From Microcystaceae cyanobacterium (GTDB taxonomy: Bacteria > Cyanobacteriota > Cyanobacteriia > Cyanobacteriales > Microcystaceae): 64,000 bases of DNA. The position numbers and the translations under genes are program-made. The notes below the pieces were generated by a model that ran no database searches, was not told where the DNA came from, and saw only the letters and a list, made by a program, of their open reading frames with translations. The stretch lies in NCBI GenBank assembly GCA_041746575.1, contig JBGTGT010000073.1, positions 15,119 through 79,118 of the forward strand. The letters are read 5' to 3'. Each line of letters starts with the position of its first letter. The stretch's first letter is position 1. Below are positions 51,737 to 60,876 of this stretch, piece by piece.

Positions 51737-53212
51737 TTAAGTTTCAGCTACCACTTTCAACGTCTTTAACGTCGCATCCTGACATCCGGTTATCGTTGCT
51801 CCTTGTTGTAACAAGGTTCGTAAAAACTCAATAGCCGCTTCTGTGATCCGCTCTCCCGCCATTAACACAGGAATACCGGGCGGATAGGGACAAATCACTT
51901 CTGAACTAATATATCCGGCACTTTCCTCTAGTTTTCGGTTTATAGTACGGGAAAATGTCGCTTCACGGGGTGAAAGGACAAGGGGTGAGAGGGGAAGCGC
52001 GTCCAAAAATGAAGAAGTAAAAGGCAGAGGGGAAGACTGATAATCGGTCGCTAGAATTTGAAATGCGCCGATAAGGCGATCAATATCCTCTGAACAATTG
52101 CCAATCGAAATAATAAACGTCAAATGCCGCAATAAAGGTAATTCTGCCGTTACACCCAATTCTTGATCTAAGATTTCATCCGCCTGATATCCCGTTAACC
52201 CTAACCCTGTTACATCAACTGTTAAACGGGTGGGGTCAAGATATTGAAAGCCTGACTTAGGATTGTCAAATTTAATAACTGATAGTCCCTGTATTTGGCT
52301 TAATTCTCGTCTAGATCGCTGGGCTAATCTTAAGGTTTCCCCCAGTAAATGTTTCCCTTCCAAAGCCATTTGTTGCCGCGCCGCATCAAGGGAAGCCAAG
52401 AGAAGATAACTCGGACTGGTGGTTTGTAGCCATTGTAAGGCTTGATTGAGACGCCGGGGATCAAGGCGATTACCCTGAAGATGAAGCATCGATGCTTGCG
52501 TCATTGCCCCTAAAACCTTATGGGTAGATTGTACTGAGAGATCCGCTCCGGCGGAAAGAGCAGAAGGTGGTAATTGCTCATGAAAGGTAAAATGCGCACC
52601 GTGAGCCTCATCTACCAGTAACGGGATATTGTATTGATGGGTGATGTCTGCTATTCGTTTTAAATCGCCACAAATGCCCTGATAGGTCGGATAAACCACC
52701 ATGACCCCTTTTACGTTAGGGTAAGCTCTTAAGGTGGCTTCTAGGGCTTCTGACGTGATACAGCCGATCATATCTTGATGGGAGTCGTACTCAGGCGTAA
52801 TAAAAATCGGCATTGCTCCTGCTAGGATTAAACCAGCGATCGCTGATTGATGACAATTACGGGGTAGAATAATCTGATCCCCTGTCTGACAAATCGCTAA
52901 AATTGAAGCAATAATGCCACAAGATGAGCCGTTAACCAAAAACCACGTTTGATCTGCTTGAAACACTTCTGAAGCCAACTTTTGAGCTTGCAAAATCACG
53001 CTTTCTGGGGCAAATAAGTTATCTAATTCGGGTAACTCTGGCAAATCAGCTTGAAAAATGCTTTTCCCAAACAATTTAGCGAGAGGAGCAGGAATTTTCT
53101 TCCCTTTTTTATGACCGGGTGCGTAAAAAGGGGCTTTGGACTGATGAATTAAATCTTCTAAAGTTGATAAAATAGGTAACTGAGACTGAAGCTGTTGAAA
53201 TGCCGAATTCAT
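51737..53212 (-). CDS. PLP-dependent Arg/Lys/Orn decarboxylase family protein
   Basis: APGHK, LVNGSS, VDEAHGAH, VQSTHK, TTSPSY, PYPPGIP. Confidence 0.9.
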   Translation of the reverse strand: MNSAFQQLQSQLPILSTLEDLIHQSKAPFYAPGHKKGKKIPAPLAKLFGKSIFQADLPELPELDNLFAPESVILQAQKLASEVFQADQTWFLVNGSSCGIIASILAICQTGDQIILPRNCHQSAIAGLILAGAMPIFITPEYDSHQDMIGCITSEALEATLRAYPNVKGVMVVYPTYQGICGDLKRIADITHQYNIPLLVDEAHGAHFTFHEQLPPSALSAGADLSVQSTHKVLGAMTQASMLHLQGNRLDPRRLNQALQWLQTTSPSYLLLASLDAARQQMALEGKHLLGETLRLAQRSRRELSQIQGLSVIKFDNPKSGFQYLDPTRLTVDVTGLGLTGYQADEILDQELGVTAELPLLRHLTFIISIGNCSEDIDRLIGAFQILATDYQSSPLPFTSSFLDALPLSPLVLSPREATFSRTINRKLEESAGYISSEVICPYPPGIPVLMAGERITEAAIEFLRTLLQQGATITGCQDATLKTLKVVAET

Positions 53213-53253
53213 CGCGAATCTTTAATCTCCTTTTTTTCTGGTCTTCCCCAATC

Positions 53254-53973
53254 ATGACACCAAAATCTGTTAGCAATAAAATCTTAGTGGTGGATGATGA
53301 TCCTGCAATTCGTCATCTTATTTCTCGCTTTTTTACGTATAATAACTATCATATTGAAACGGCAGAAGATGCCCAAACAGCCCGTCTTTTGATGCCTAAG
53401 TTTTCACCTGACTTAGTTATTTTAGATGTTAATCTACCTGATGATAGTGGCTTTAATCTGTGTAGAGAAATTCGCCAACAGGGAACACTTGTTTTGATGT
53501 TAACCTGCTTAACCGATACCAGTTATGTCCTAGAAGGATTTGAACAAGGAGCAGATGATTATATTACTAAACCCTTTGATATTGAAATTCTCAAAGCAAA
53601 AATCGGCGCATTGTTTAAGCGGAATGGCTACTTAGAAAAAGGCAAAACGACAACTTCAAAACGATTAGAATTGGATCCCCTAATTATTGACGCTGATCGC
53701 TGTGAAGTTACCCTAAATCATCAACCTGTTGCGCTGACCAATTTGGAGTTTGATTTATTATACTTCCTAGCGACTCATCCGAATCGTGTTTGGGATCGCT
53801 CGGAGCTAATCGTAGCCGTTTGGGGACCGGATGAGATTCAACGGGTAGATCGTAAAGTAGATGTGCATATCGGTCAAATTCGCAAGAAAATTGGTGATAT
53901 AGAAGGAAAAATTATCAAAACGATTAGAGGAAAAGGCTATCTGTTTGAAATCTCTGATTCGTTGTTATCCTAA
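53254..53973 (+). CDS. OmpR-family response regulator (orphan)
   Basis: ILVVDDD, LDVNLPD, GADDYITKPF, VDVHIGQIRKK; start moved to ATG 53254. Confidence 0.9.
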   Translation: MTPKSVSNKILVVDDDPAIRHLISRFFTYNNYHIETAEDAQTARLLMPKFSPDLVILDVNLPDDSGFNLCREIRQQGTLVLMLTCLTDTSYVLEGFEQGADDYITKPFDIEILKAKIGALFKRNGYLEKGKTTTSKRLELDPLIIDADRCEVTLNHQPVALTNLEFDLLYFLATHPNRVWDRSELIVAVWGPDEIQRVDRKVDVHIGQIRKKIGDIEGKIIKTIRGKGYLFEISDSLLS

Positions 53974-54137
53974 GATTCTAACCCCTAAGCTTTGAGACAT
54001 ATCCCCTAAAAACGCGATCGTACTTACACTCTCGATAAACGTCGTTAGCCTGAGAACCCATAAGAGATTCAGTGATGATGAAAAACCTTTCTATGGTAGG
54101 GTAATAAAACAGTGAGTAAAGGTCATATTTGTCATTT

Positions 54138-55265
54138 ATGAAGCGTCGTTCAATTCTTAAAGCGGTCTCTCAAGGTGCGATTGCGACAACGGGAGTGGCT
54201 ATCGTCGGAGGATGTCAAAATGCTACCCAAAACCCATCTAACAGTCAATCAGCAGGTAATTTACCGAAAATTGAATGGCAAATGGCGACCAGTTGGCCGC
54301 CTTCCCTCGAAACAATTTTTGGCGGAGCGCAGGTGTTAGCCGATCGCGTTTCTGTCTTAACGGGGGGAAATTTTAAGATAGTTCCCCGTGCGGCAGGAGA
54401 AATTGCTCCCGGTTTGGAAGTTCTCAACGTAGTGTCTCAAGGCGCAGTCCCCTGCGGTCATACGGCATCCTACTATTATGTCGGCAAAAGTCCTGCTCTC
54501 GCTTTTGGTACAACAGTTCCTTTTGGCTTAACGGCACAACAGCAAAATGCTTGGTTATATCAAGGTAAAGGGTTGAAGCAATTACAGGAAATTTACGCTC
54601 GTCAGTTTAATGTCATTCAATGGCCAGCAGGGAATACTGGAACTCAGATGGGGGGATGGTTTCGCAAAGAAGTAAATAGCTTGAAGGATCTTCAGGGCTT
54701 AAAAATGCGTATTCCGGGGCTAGGGGGTCAAGTAATGGCTAAATTGGGGGTAACAGTTCAAACTTTACCCGGTGGCGAAATTTTTCAGGCGTTACAAACG
54801 GGAGCAATCGATGCGGCGGAATGGGTGGGTCCCTATGATGATGAGAAACTGGGTTTGAATAAGGTGGCGAAGTATTACTATTATCCGGGCTGGTGGGAAC
54901 CGGGGGCAACCTTAGAGGTTCAAATTAATTTGAATGAGTGGAATAAGCTTCCCCCTCAATATCAGGCGGCTATCGAAACGGCGGCTTATGAATCGAACGC
55001 AACGATGTTAGCGCGCTATGATGCTCTTAATAGTGAAGCGTTACCCCGTCTTTTAGAGAGCGGAACACAGGTACGCGCTTATAGTCCTGAGATTTTACAG
55101 GCGGCACAACAAGCGTCTTTTGCTTTATATGATGAATTTGCGGCTAAAAATGCGGATTTTAAAGCAGTTTATGAACCTTGGAAGCAGTTTCGCTCCCTTG
55201 TCTCAGTTTGGCATAAATTGAATGAAGCAAGTTACACTCGTTTTATTTATTCTCAAATAAAGTAA
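54138..55265 (+). CDS. TRAP transporter substrate-binding protein (DctP/TakP-like)
   Basis: Twin-Arg KRRSILK plus lipobox [31 protein letters not shown]. Confidence 0.9.
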   Translation: MKRRSILKAVSQGAIATTGVAIVGGCQNATQNPSNSQSAGNLPKIEWQMATSWPPSLETIFGGAQVLADRVSVLTGGNFKIVPRAAGEIAPGLEVLNVVSQGAVPCGHTASYYYVGKSPALAFGTTVPFGLTAQQQNAWLYQGKGLKQLQEIYARQFNVIQWPAGNTGTQMGGWFRKEVNSLKDLQGLKMRIPGLGGQVMAKLGVTVQTLPGGEIFQALQTGAIDAAEWVGPYDDEKLGLNKVAKYYYYPGWWEPGATLEVQINLNEWNKLPPQYQAAIETAAYESNATMLARYDALNSEALPRLLESGTQVRAYSPEILQAAQQASFALYDEFAAKNADFKAVYEPWKQFRSLVSVWHKLNEASYTRFIYSQIK

Positions 55266-55430
55266 AGTATGAAGTTTAAACTTAAGGTTTATTCTCTGCT
55301 TTTTGGTCAAATTTACAATTCCATGACCATTTAATTTCTTAATATTGTAACAACGTTTAAAGAAAAATTTAGAAAAGATCTCCCTTATTTAAGAACGTTT
55401 TTGATGCTTGACTTTTAGCCGATTTATTTT

Positions 55431-55739
55431 TTAAAAGATTGTTTTTCTCGGCTTTTTTTGCCAAAGATTTAAAATAAAGCTTAAAAGAAGAAGAAGTTGT
55501 TTAACCTGCTGTAGGTAAATTACCCTTTGCTGATAGTTTTTTTTCAATGCAATTGTTGTTCGTTGAGAGGTTAAAACCCTTTCTGGTGCAGTAGCAAGCA
55601 TCCCATGACTTTGGATGACAATATTTTCTAATATAAGATGAGTCGCTTTTAATTTTTGTCGCCAATCCCATAGACATTTCAACACATATAAATTGAGGAG
55701 GGTTAACAGCAAATTGCAGATAATGACGAAAACTAACAT
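55431..55739 (-). CDS. Hypothetical protein
   Basis: 102-aa ORF with N-terminal TM. Confidence 0.55.
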   Translation of the reverse strand: MLVFVIICNLLLTLLNLYVLKCLWDWRQKLKATHLILENIVIQSHGMLATAPERVLTSQRTTIALKKNYQQRVIYLQQVKQLLLLLSFILNLWQKKPRKTIF

Positions 55740-55764
55740 TGAGTGCTATGATTTATAAATATAT

Positions 55765-55837
55765 GGGGAATTAGCTCAGTTGGTAGAGTGCTGCGATCGC
55801 ACCGCAGAGGTCAGGGATTCGAGTTCCCTATTCTCCA
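55765..55837 (+). tRNA. tRNA-Ala (CGC)
   Basis: GGGGAATTAGCTCAGTTGGTAGAG...CTGCG-AT-CGC-AC-CGCAG...TTCGAG...TTCTCCA cloverleaf, 73 nt. Confidence 0.95.
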
Positions 55838-55951
55838 CTTTTAGATTAGAACAAGATTTGGCTTTCTATCCTAACGCACTTCTTCAAATCTTAAATCATT
55901 TAAAAGCAAGGCAGTTTGTATGATATTAATTGACTCAATCTAGCTTTTCTT

Positions 55952-58900
55952 ATGTTACAAGAAATTCTCCCCCTTTTGGACAAGCTCAGACGATTAAATC
56001 AACAAGATATTCAATCATTATGGCATTATACTGAAGACGGTCAGAGCAGTTTAGCGGAAATAGCTCAAAATATTAATAATTTTCCCCTAGTGACGCTCAA
56101 CGAAAAAAATCATGCCACTTGGCAAAAAGGTTGTCAAGTTCGCTGGTTTATACAACACTTAACCCTCCCTTCCCATCTTCACGGGTACAACCTAGAAGGA
56201 TTTAGCTTACGTCTCAAGTTGACATGGTGGGCAGAAGAAGCAAAAATTTATATTAATGGCGAATTAGTCCAAGAGGGGGATTTATTTGACTCAACAACTC
56301 GAATTCTACTCACGCCTTCGGTGATTCCCCATCAAAAGATTGAAGTTGCCATAAGGTTAGTGAGTCCCTATCATGATGTTGGGGGATTGATGGAATCTAA
56401 GTTACTCTTTGAAAGAGAAAATTATTATTTAGCTGAACCTAGTTTCATTGCCGACGAATTGACAATTTTATGTCAATCTTTAGAAAGATTTGATTCTTCT
56501 CAGCTGGAAACGGTCAAAACAATACTACAAAAAATTGAATGGTCATCGCTTGATAAGAGAGAAACCTTTGATTTAAGGTTAAATCAAGTGAGAAACGAAT
56601 TAAGTGCTTTCAAAACGCCAATTAAATCTTTTTGCTTTCATTTACTAGGTCATGCTCATTTAGATATGGCGTGGTTATGGCCGTTATCTGAAACGTGGGA
56701 TGCCGCACAACGTACCTTTGATTCTGTCCTACAATTGCAAAAAGACTTTCCCTACCTCATCTTTGGACATACTAGCCCAATTATTTATGATTGGATTGAA
56801 AAAAATCGTCCAGTCCTCTTTGGTCGCATTCTAGAGGCATATAAAGCCAACCAATGGGAGATTTTAGGAGGGATGTGGGTTGAACCTGATACGAACTTGC
56901 TGTCTGGGGAATCTTTAATCCGTCAATTATTATATGGTCAGCAGTATTTTAAAGAAAAATTTGGCAAGATCGCAAAAGTAGCATGGTTAACGGATACCTT
57001 TGGTTTTACTTGGCAATTGCCCCAAATTTTCCAACAAAGTGGCATCGAATATTTTGTAACTGGGAAGCTTCACTGGAATGATACGACAGAATTTCCCTAC
57101 GGATGGTTCAAGTGGCGATCGCCGGATGGGACAGAAATGCTGACTTTGATGTCTCCGCCCAACGTTGCAGGCGTTATGGATACTGATCCCTTAGTAATGA
57201 CAAATTATGCGCTAGAATGGTATCAGAAAACCCAATTAACCGACATTTTCTGGTTGCCGGGAGTGGGTGATCATGGCGGAGGGCCAACCCGTGATATGTT
57301 ACAAGTACAACAACGTTGGCAGAAGTCGGATTTTTTCCCAAATATTCGATTTTCAACCACCTATAATTATTTGCATAAAATTACAAATCTTTCTCCTTCT
57401 TTACCGATTTGGCAAGACGAATTATATTTAGAGTTACATCGAGGTTGTTATACGAATCACGCTGATCAAAAAGGATTCAATCGTCGCAGTGAAGAACTTC
57501 TTTATCAAGCAGAACTTTGGGCGTCTTTAGCAAATATTTTAGTTAAAAATAATGCTTATACTTATCCAAAAGAAACCTTAGAAATGGCATGGAAAAAGGT
57601 TTTGTTAAATCAATTTCATGATATTTTACCGGGAACATCGATTCCGGAAGTGTTTCAAGAAGCTAATCAAGATTGGCAAACCGTTCAAGAAGAGGGCAAT
57701 TTAATTTTAGCCCAAGCTTTAGAAGCGATCACTCATCAAATTAAGTTACCGATTCCACCTCAAGTGAATGCCAAACCTGTTATTATTTTTAATAGCTTAA
57801 ATTGGCAAAGATCAGAAACGGTTACCCTCGATCTTCCTAATAGCGAAAACTACACCGTTTACGATCTCGATCACCATGAATTAAAGACGCAAATTTCTGT
57901 AGAAAATCAATTATTATTTTATGCAAAAGATATTCCTTCTGTAGGTTATCGTCTATTTTGGTTATGTCCACAAAATCAAGTATCAAAACAAGCGGCTAAT
58001 TCAATTAATCATCCTCAAGATTTTATCTTAGATAATGGATTATTAAGGGTAATTGTTAATTCTACAACAGGAGAATTAGAGAGTATTTTTGATAAAGTTG
58101 CACAAAGAGAAATTTTAAGAGATTCAGGAAATCAATTAGAGTTATTTCAAGATCAAGGACAATATTGGGACGCGTGGAATATTGACCCCAATTATCAAAA
58201 ATATCCCTTATCTTCGCCTATTTTACATTCTATTCAGTGGTTAGAACAAGGCTCATTACGATGGCGAATTCGAGTGATTAAAACCTTTCGTTATTCTAGT
58301 TTTACTCAAGATTATATTTTGCAAGCAAACTCTCCGCTTCTAAAAATTTCAAATACCGTAGATTGGCAAGAAAAACATACCTTACTCAAAGTCGCTTTTC
58401 CTTTAACCATTCAAAGTGAGTTTGTTTCTTATGAAATTCCCTGCGCGACGATTCAACGTACGACACAAGGAAAAACACTTGAAGAAAAGGCAAAATGGGA
58501 AGTTAGTGCCTTACATTGGGCAGATTTAAGCGATAGTACCGAAAATTATGGTGTCAGTCTTCTAAACGATTGTAAATATGGTTATGATAGTCGACCGAAT
58601 CGGTTAAGATTAACTTTATTAAGAGGATCAGAATGGCCAGATCCGAATTCAGATCAAGGAATCCATTATTTTAATTATGCTATCTATCCCCATAAAGGGG
58701 ATTATATAAAGGCAAAAACGGTTCATCGAGGATATGAATTTAATCTTCCTTTACGCGTTTGTTTAATCAATTCTGATTCTTCATCACCTAAAAATAATAG
58801 TTTAGTTCCTAGTGCTAGTTGGATTAATTTAGACAATGATAATTTAATTTTAATGGCATTTAAACCTGCCGAATCTAACTCTAATTTTTATTTATTACGG

Positions 58901-59059
58901 TTTTATGAATGTCATGGCGAAAAGGCATCATTGTCCCTTAAAAGTGATTTAAAGCTAATCTTTAAACAAGCTGTTAATCTTTTGGAGCAACCGTTAGAAA
59001 CCTCTTCAGGTATTTCTCCTTGGCAAATCAAAAGTGTATTGATTTCCGCTCATTGTTAA
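55952..59059 (+). CDS. Alpha-mannosidase (GH38)
   Basis: GHAHLDMAWLW, WLTDTFG, GVGDHGGGP, ELYLELHRG, NQFHDILPG. Confidence 0.93.
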   Translation: MLQEILPLLDKLRRLNQQDIQSLWHYTEDGQSSLAEIAQNINNFPLVTLNEKNHATWQKGCQVRWFIQHLTLPSHLHGYNLEGFSLRLKLTWWAEEAKIYINGELVQEGDLFDSTTRILLTPSVIPHQKIEVAIRLVSPYHDVGGLMESKLLFERENYYLAEPSFIADELTILCQSLERFDSSQLETVKTILQKIEWSSLDKRETFDLRLNQVRNELSAFKTPIKSFCFHLLGHAHLDMAWLWPLSETWDAAQRTFDSVLQLQKDFPYLIFGHTSPIIYDWIEKNRPVLFGRILEAYKANQWEILGGMWVEPDTNLLSGESLIRQLLYGQQYFKEKFGKIAKVAWLTDTFGFTWQLPQIFQQSGIEYFVTGKLHWNDTTEFPYGWFKWRSPDGTEMLTLMSPPNVAGVMDTDPLVMTNYALEWYQKTQLTDIFWLPGVGDHGGGPTRDMLQVQQRWQKSDFFPNIRFSTTYNYLHKITNLSPSLPIWQDELYLELHRGCYTNHADQKGFNRRSEELLYQAELWASLANILVKNNAYTYPKETLEMAWKKVLLNQFHDILPGTSIPEVFQEANQDWQTVQEEGNLILAQALEAITHQIKLPIPPQVNAKPVIIFNSLNWQRSETVTLDLPNSENYTVYDLDHHELKTQISVENQLLFYAKDIPSVGYRLFWLCPQNQVSKQAANSINHPQDFILDNGLLRVIVNSTTGELESIFDKVAQREILRDSGNQLELFQDQGQYWDAWNIDPNYQKYPLSSPILHSIQWLEQGSLRWRIRVIKTFRYSSFTQDYILQANSPLLKISNTVDWQEKHTLLKVAFPLTIQSEFVSYEIPCATIQRTTQGKTLEEKAKWEVSALHWADLSDSTENYGVSLLNDCKYGYDSRPNRLRLTLLRGSEWPDPNSDQGIHYFNYAIYPHKGDYIKAKTVHRGYEFNLPLRVCLINSDSSSPKNNSLVPSASWINLDNDNLILMAFKPAESNSNFYLLRFYECHGEKASLSLKSDLKLIFKQAVNLLEQPLETSSGISPWQIKSVLISAHC

Positions 59060-59174
59060 TCCCTTCACTCTCTCTTTTTCAGAAAACTCGACAAAGTTAA
59101 TTTAGCTTCACCCCAAAAAACAACAGCCTTGACAGAGATGTCAGGGCTGAAATCAGGGTGAAATATCTCACAGG

Positions 59175-59294
59175 TTACTTTAAATTTTTTAGGTCAATTT
59201 CGTTGCTAACTCGTTCCAACATAGATTGTTGACGGTTCATTTGCGCTTTGTGCTGACGAATCATTAAACGACGTGCTTTTTCTTGTGTATCCAT
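59175..59294 (-). CDS. gifA: Glutamine synthetase inactivating factor, IF7/GifA-like, 39 aa (below the ORF-track cutoff)
   Basis: MDTQEKARRLMIRQHKAQMNRQQSMLERVSNEIDLKNLK; matches the IF7 N-terminal pattern (AR.LM.R......NRQQSML.R...EI) with R8, R21 and R28. Confidence 0.8.
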   Translation of the reverse strand: MDTQEKARRLMIRQHKAQMNRQQSMLERVSNEIDLKNLK

Positions 59295-59354
59295 GAGTTA
59301 CCTACCGATTGCTTTTTAATAAGAGAGGATTAATTTCTCTCTAAAACTATTTAT

Positions 59355-59382
59355 ATCATAAAAAACTGTAGCAAAATATACA
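59355..59382 (-). promoter_or_regulatory. NtcA box in repressor position over the gifA-like promoter
   Basis: TGTA-GCAAAATA-TACA at 59367-59382, 6 nt upstream of -10 TATGAT (59360-59355, minus strand). Confidence 0.78.
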
Positions 59383-59489
59383 AAACGATAAATTGTTACA
59401 TTACTCAATAAAAAAATGAGGCTCACTCAAGTCAGGTATCGCAAAATAAGAGGGATAGACTTAAATTTTAGACAGTTTGTCACTATTTT

Positions 59490-60413
59490 TTAATTTTCTA
59501 TAACTTTTATTTGTTCTTTTACCGTTAATCCCATCGCAATTCCTTTTTCAATATAGGCGGATTCACCAATAAAAACGGGATAATGAGTGACTGAGGGATT
59601 ATGAAAGCTATTTTTGACATTATTATTGATGAATATTGGCTGATCTACCTCAATTGGCTGATAATTGCGCAGATAAGGGTTGATTTTCGCTACGATGCGA
59701 CCTTGCTTATCTCTAGGATAATCCAATTGTGCCACTTGTCTATATAAGCTTAAAGTGTAAGACTGAGGTATTAAGTTTTTTTTGTTATAAGCGTTTATAT
59801 AAAAGAGAATAGCGTGTAAAACCTTTTCTGTTTGTTTTAATAAAGCTAAATTGAGTTGATTATGAGGAACTGCGCCGACTTCAATCGTTAAACCTAACGG
59901 GCAGAGATGCCGAAGAAAAGGGGGATTGTTGATATGATCATAGTGCAGAACTTTAACTGACAAATTTATTTGACTGACATAAGTTGCTAGTTTTAATAAA
60001 AAAGGATTGGGTTCATTCAAAATTAGAGTAATCCCCATATCAGAAGTTGTGCTATGAAGATCAATAATTAAGTCAATTTCCTCTCGATTGAGGGTCTGAA
60101 ACAATTCTTTTGCTCTTAAATGCTCATAGCCGTTTAATGTCGAATTCTGTAAATCTTCTTTAGTAAAACAACGATTTAAGTCAATATCAAAATAACGTTG
60201 CCCTATTTCAATGGCTTTAGGATTGCCCAAAAAAGAGATGATTTCAAAGTTTGATTTTTTAAACTGTTTTGGATATTTTTGTAATTTATCAATTAAATAA
60301 ATTCCCGTCAATTCATTACCATGAACGCCTCCAATAATGGCGACTTTCTGAATTTTGATTTCGGGTATGTGGGGAGTTTTCATCCCTAACATTAAGGGCA
60401 ATGCGCTACTCAT
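59490..60413 (-). CDS. Aspartoacylase (start uncertain: 60413, 60392 or 60383)
   Basis: GGVHGNELTG, DLNRCF, IDLHSTT, LTIEVG, YPVFIGESAY. Confidence 0.88.
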   Translation of the reverse strand: MSSALPLMLGMKTPHIPEIKIQKVAIIGGVHGNELTGIYLIDKLQKYPKQFKKSNFEIISFLGNPKAIEIGQRYFDIDLNRCFTKEDLQNSTLNGYEHLRAKELFQTLNREEIDLIIDLHSTTSDMGITLILNEPNPFLLKLATYVSQINLSVKVLHYDHINNPPFLRHLCPLGLTIEVGAVPHNQLNLALLKQTEKVLHAILFYINAYNKKNLIPQSYTLSLYRQVAQLDYPRDKQGRIVAKINPYLRNYQPIEVDQPIFINNNVKNSFHNPSVTHYPVFIGESAYIEKGIAMGLTVKEQIKVIEN

Positions 60414-60876
60414 CCTGAAAAATCGCACCTCGTTACTGTAAATTTTTTTTAAGGTCTGGGATTAATCCCACGTTCTTTCCAAATGTAGCATTTTTTACCG
60501 TTGCACCACTTAAGTTCATTTGGCTAAGATTGACACCAATTACAGCGTTTTGCGACAGGATGATATATATGATTGAGTGTAGGAATGCAAGGTTTGCACC
60601 CAAAGGTGTATGATACTAACTCACAATGGGCGATTATTCAAAGAAATTATTGGTTTTGAAAGAGCAGATTTACTCAATAATCGTGTTATTTAGAAATTTT
60701 GAGACGTTTTCCTATATTAAGCCACTGAGGAGAAGTCTCTAAGATCATGGATAGACAGTCTGGATAGAGATTTTGCGTCGCTAAAAGATACATCATGATC
60801 TTAAGTACAAATTCATACTTTAATCTTCCTCTCTTCTGTCTTTTCTGTCTATCCCTTTGTTAAGAAAAATTCAATT

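Noticed and set aside
55765..55950. tRNA-Ala as an integration site
   Set aside because: No integrase nearby and I found no duplicated tRNA 3' end in the window
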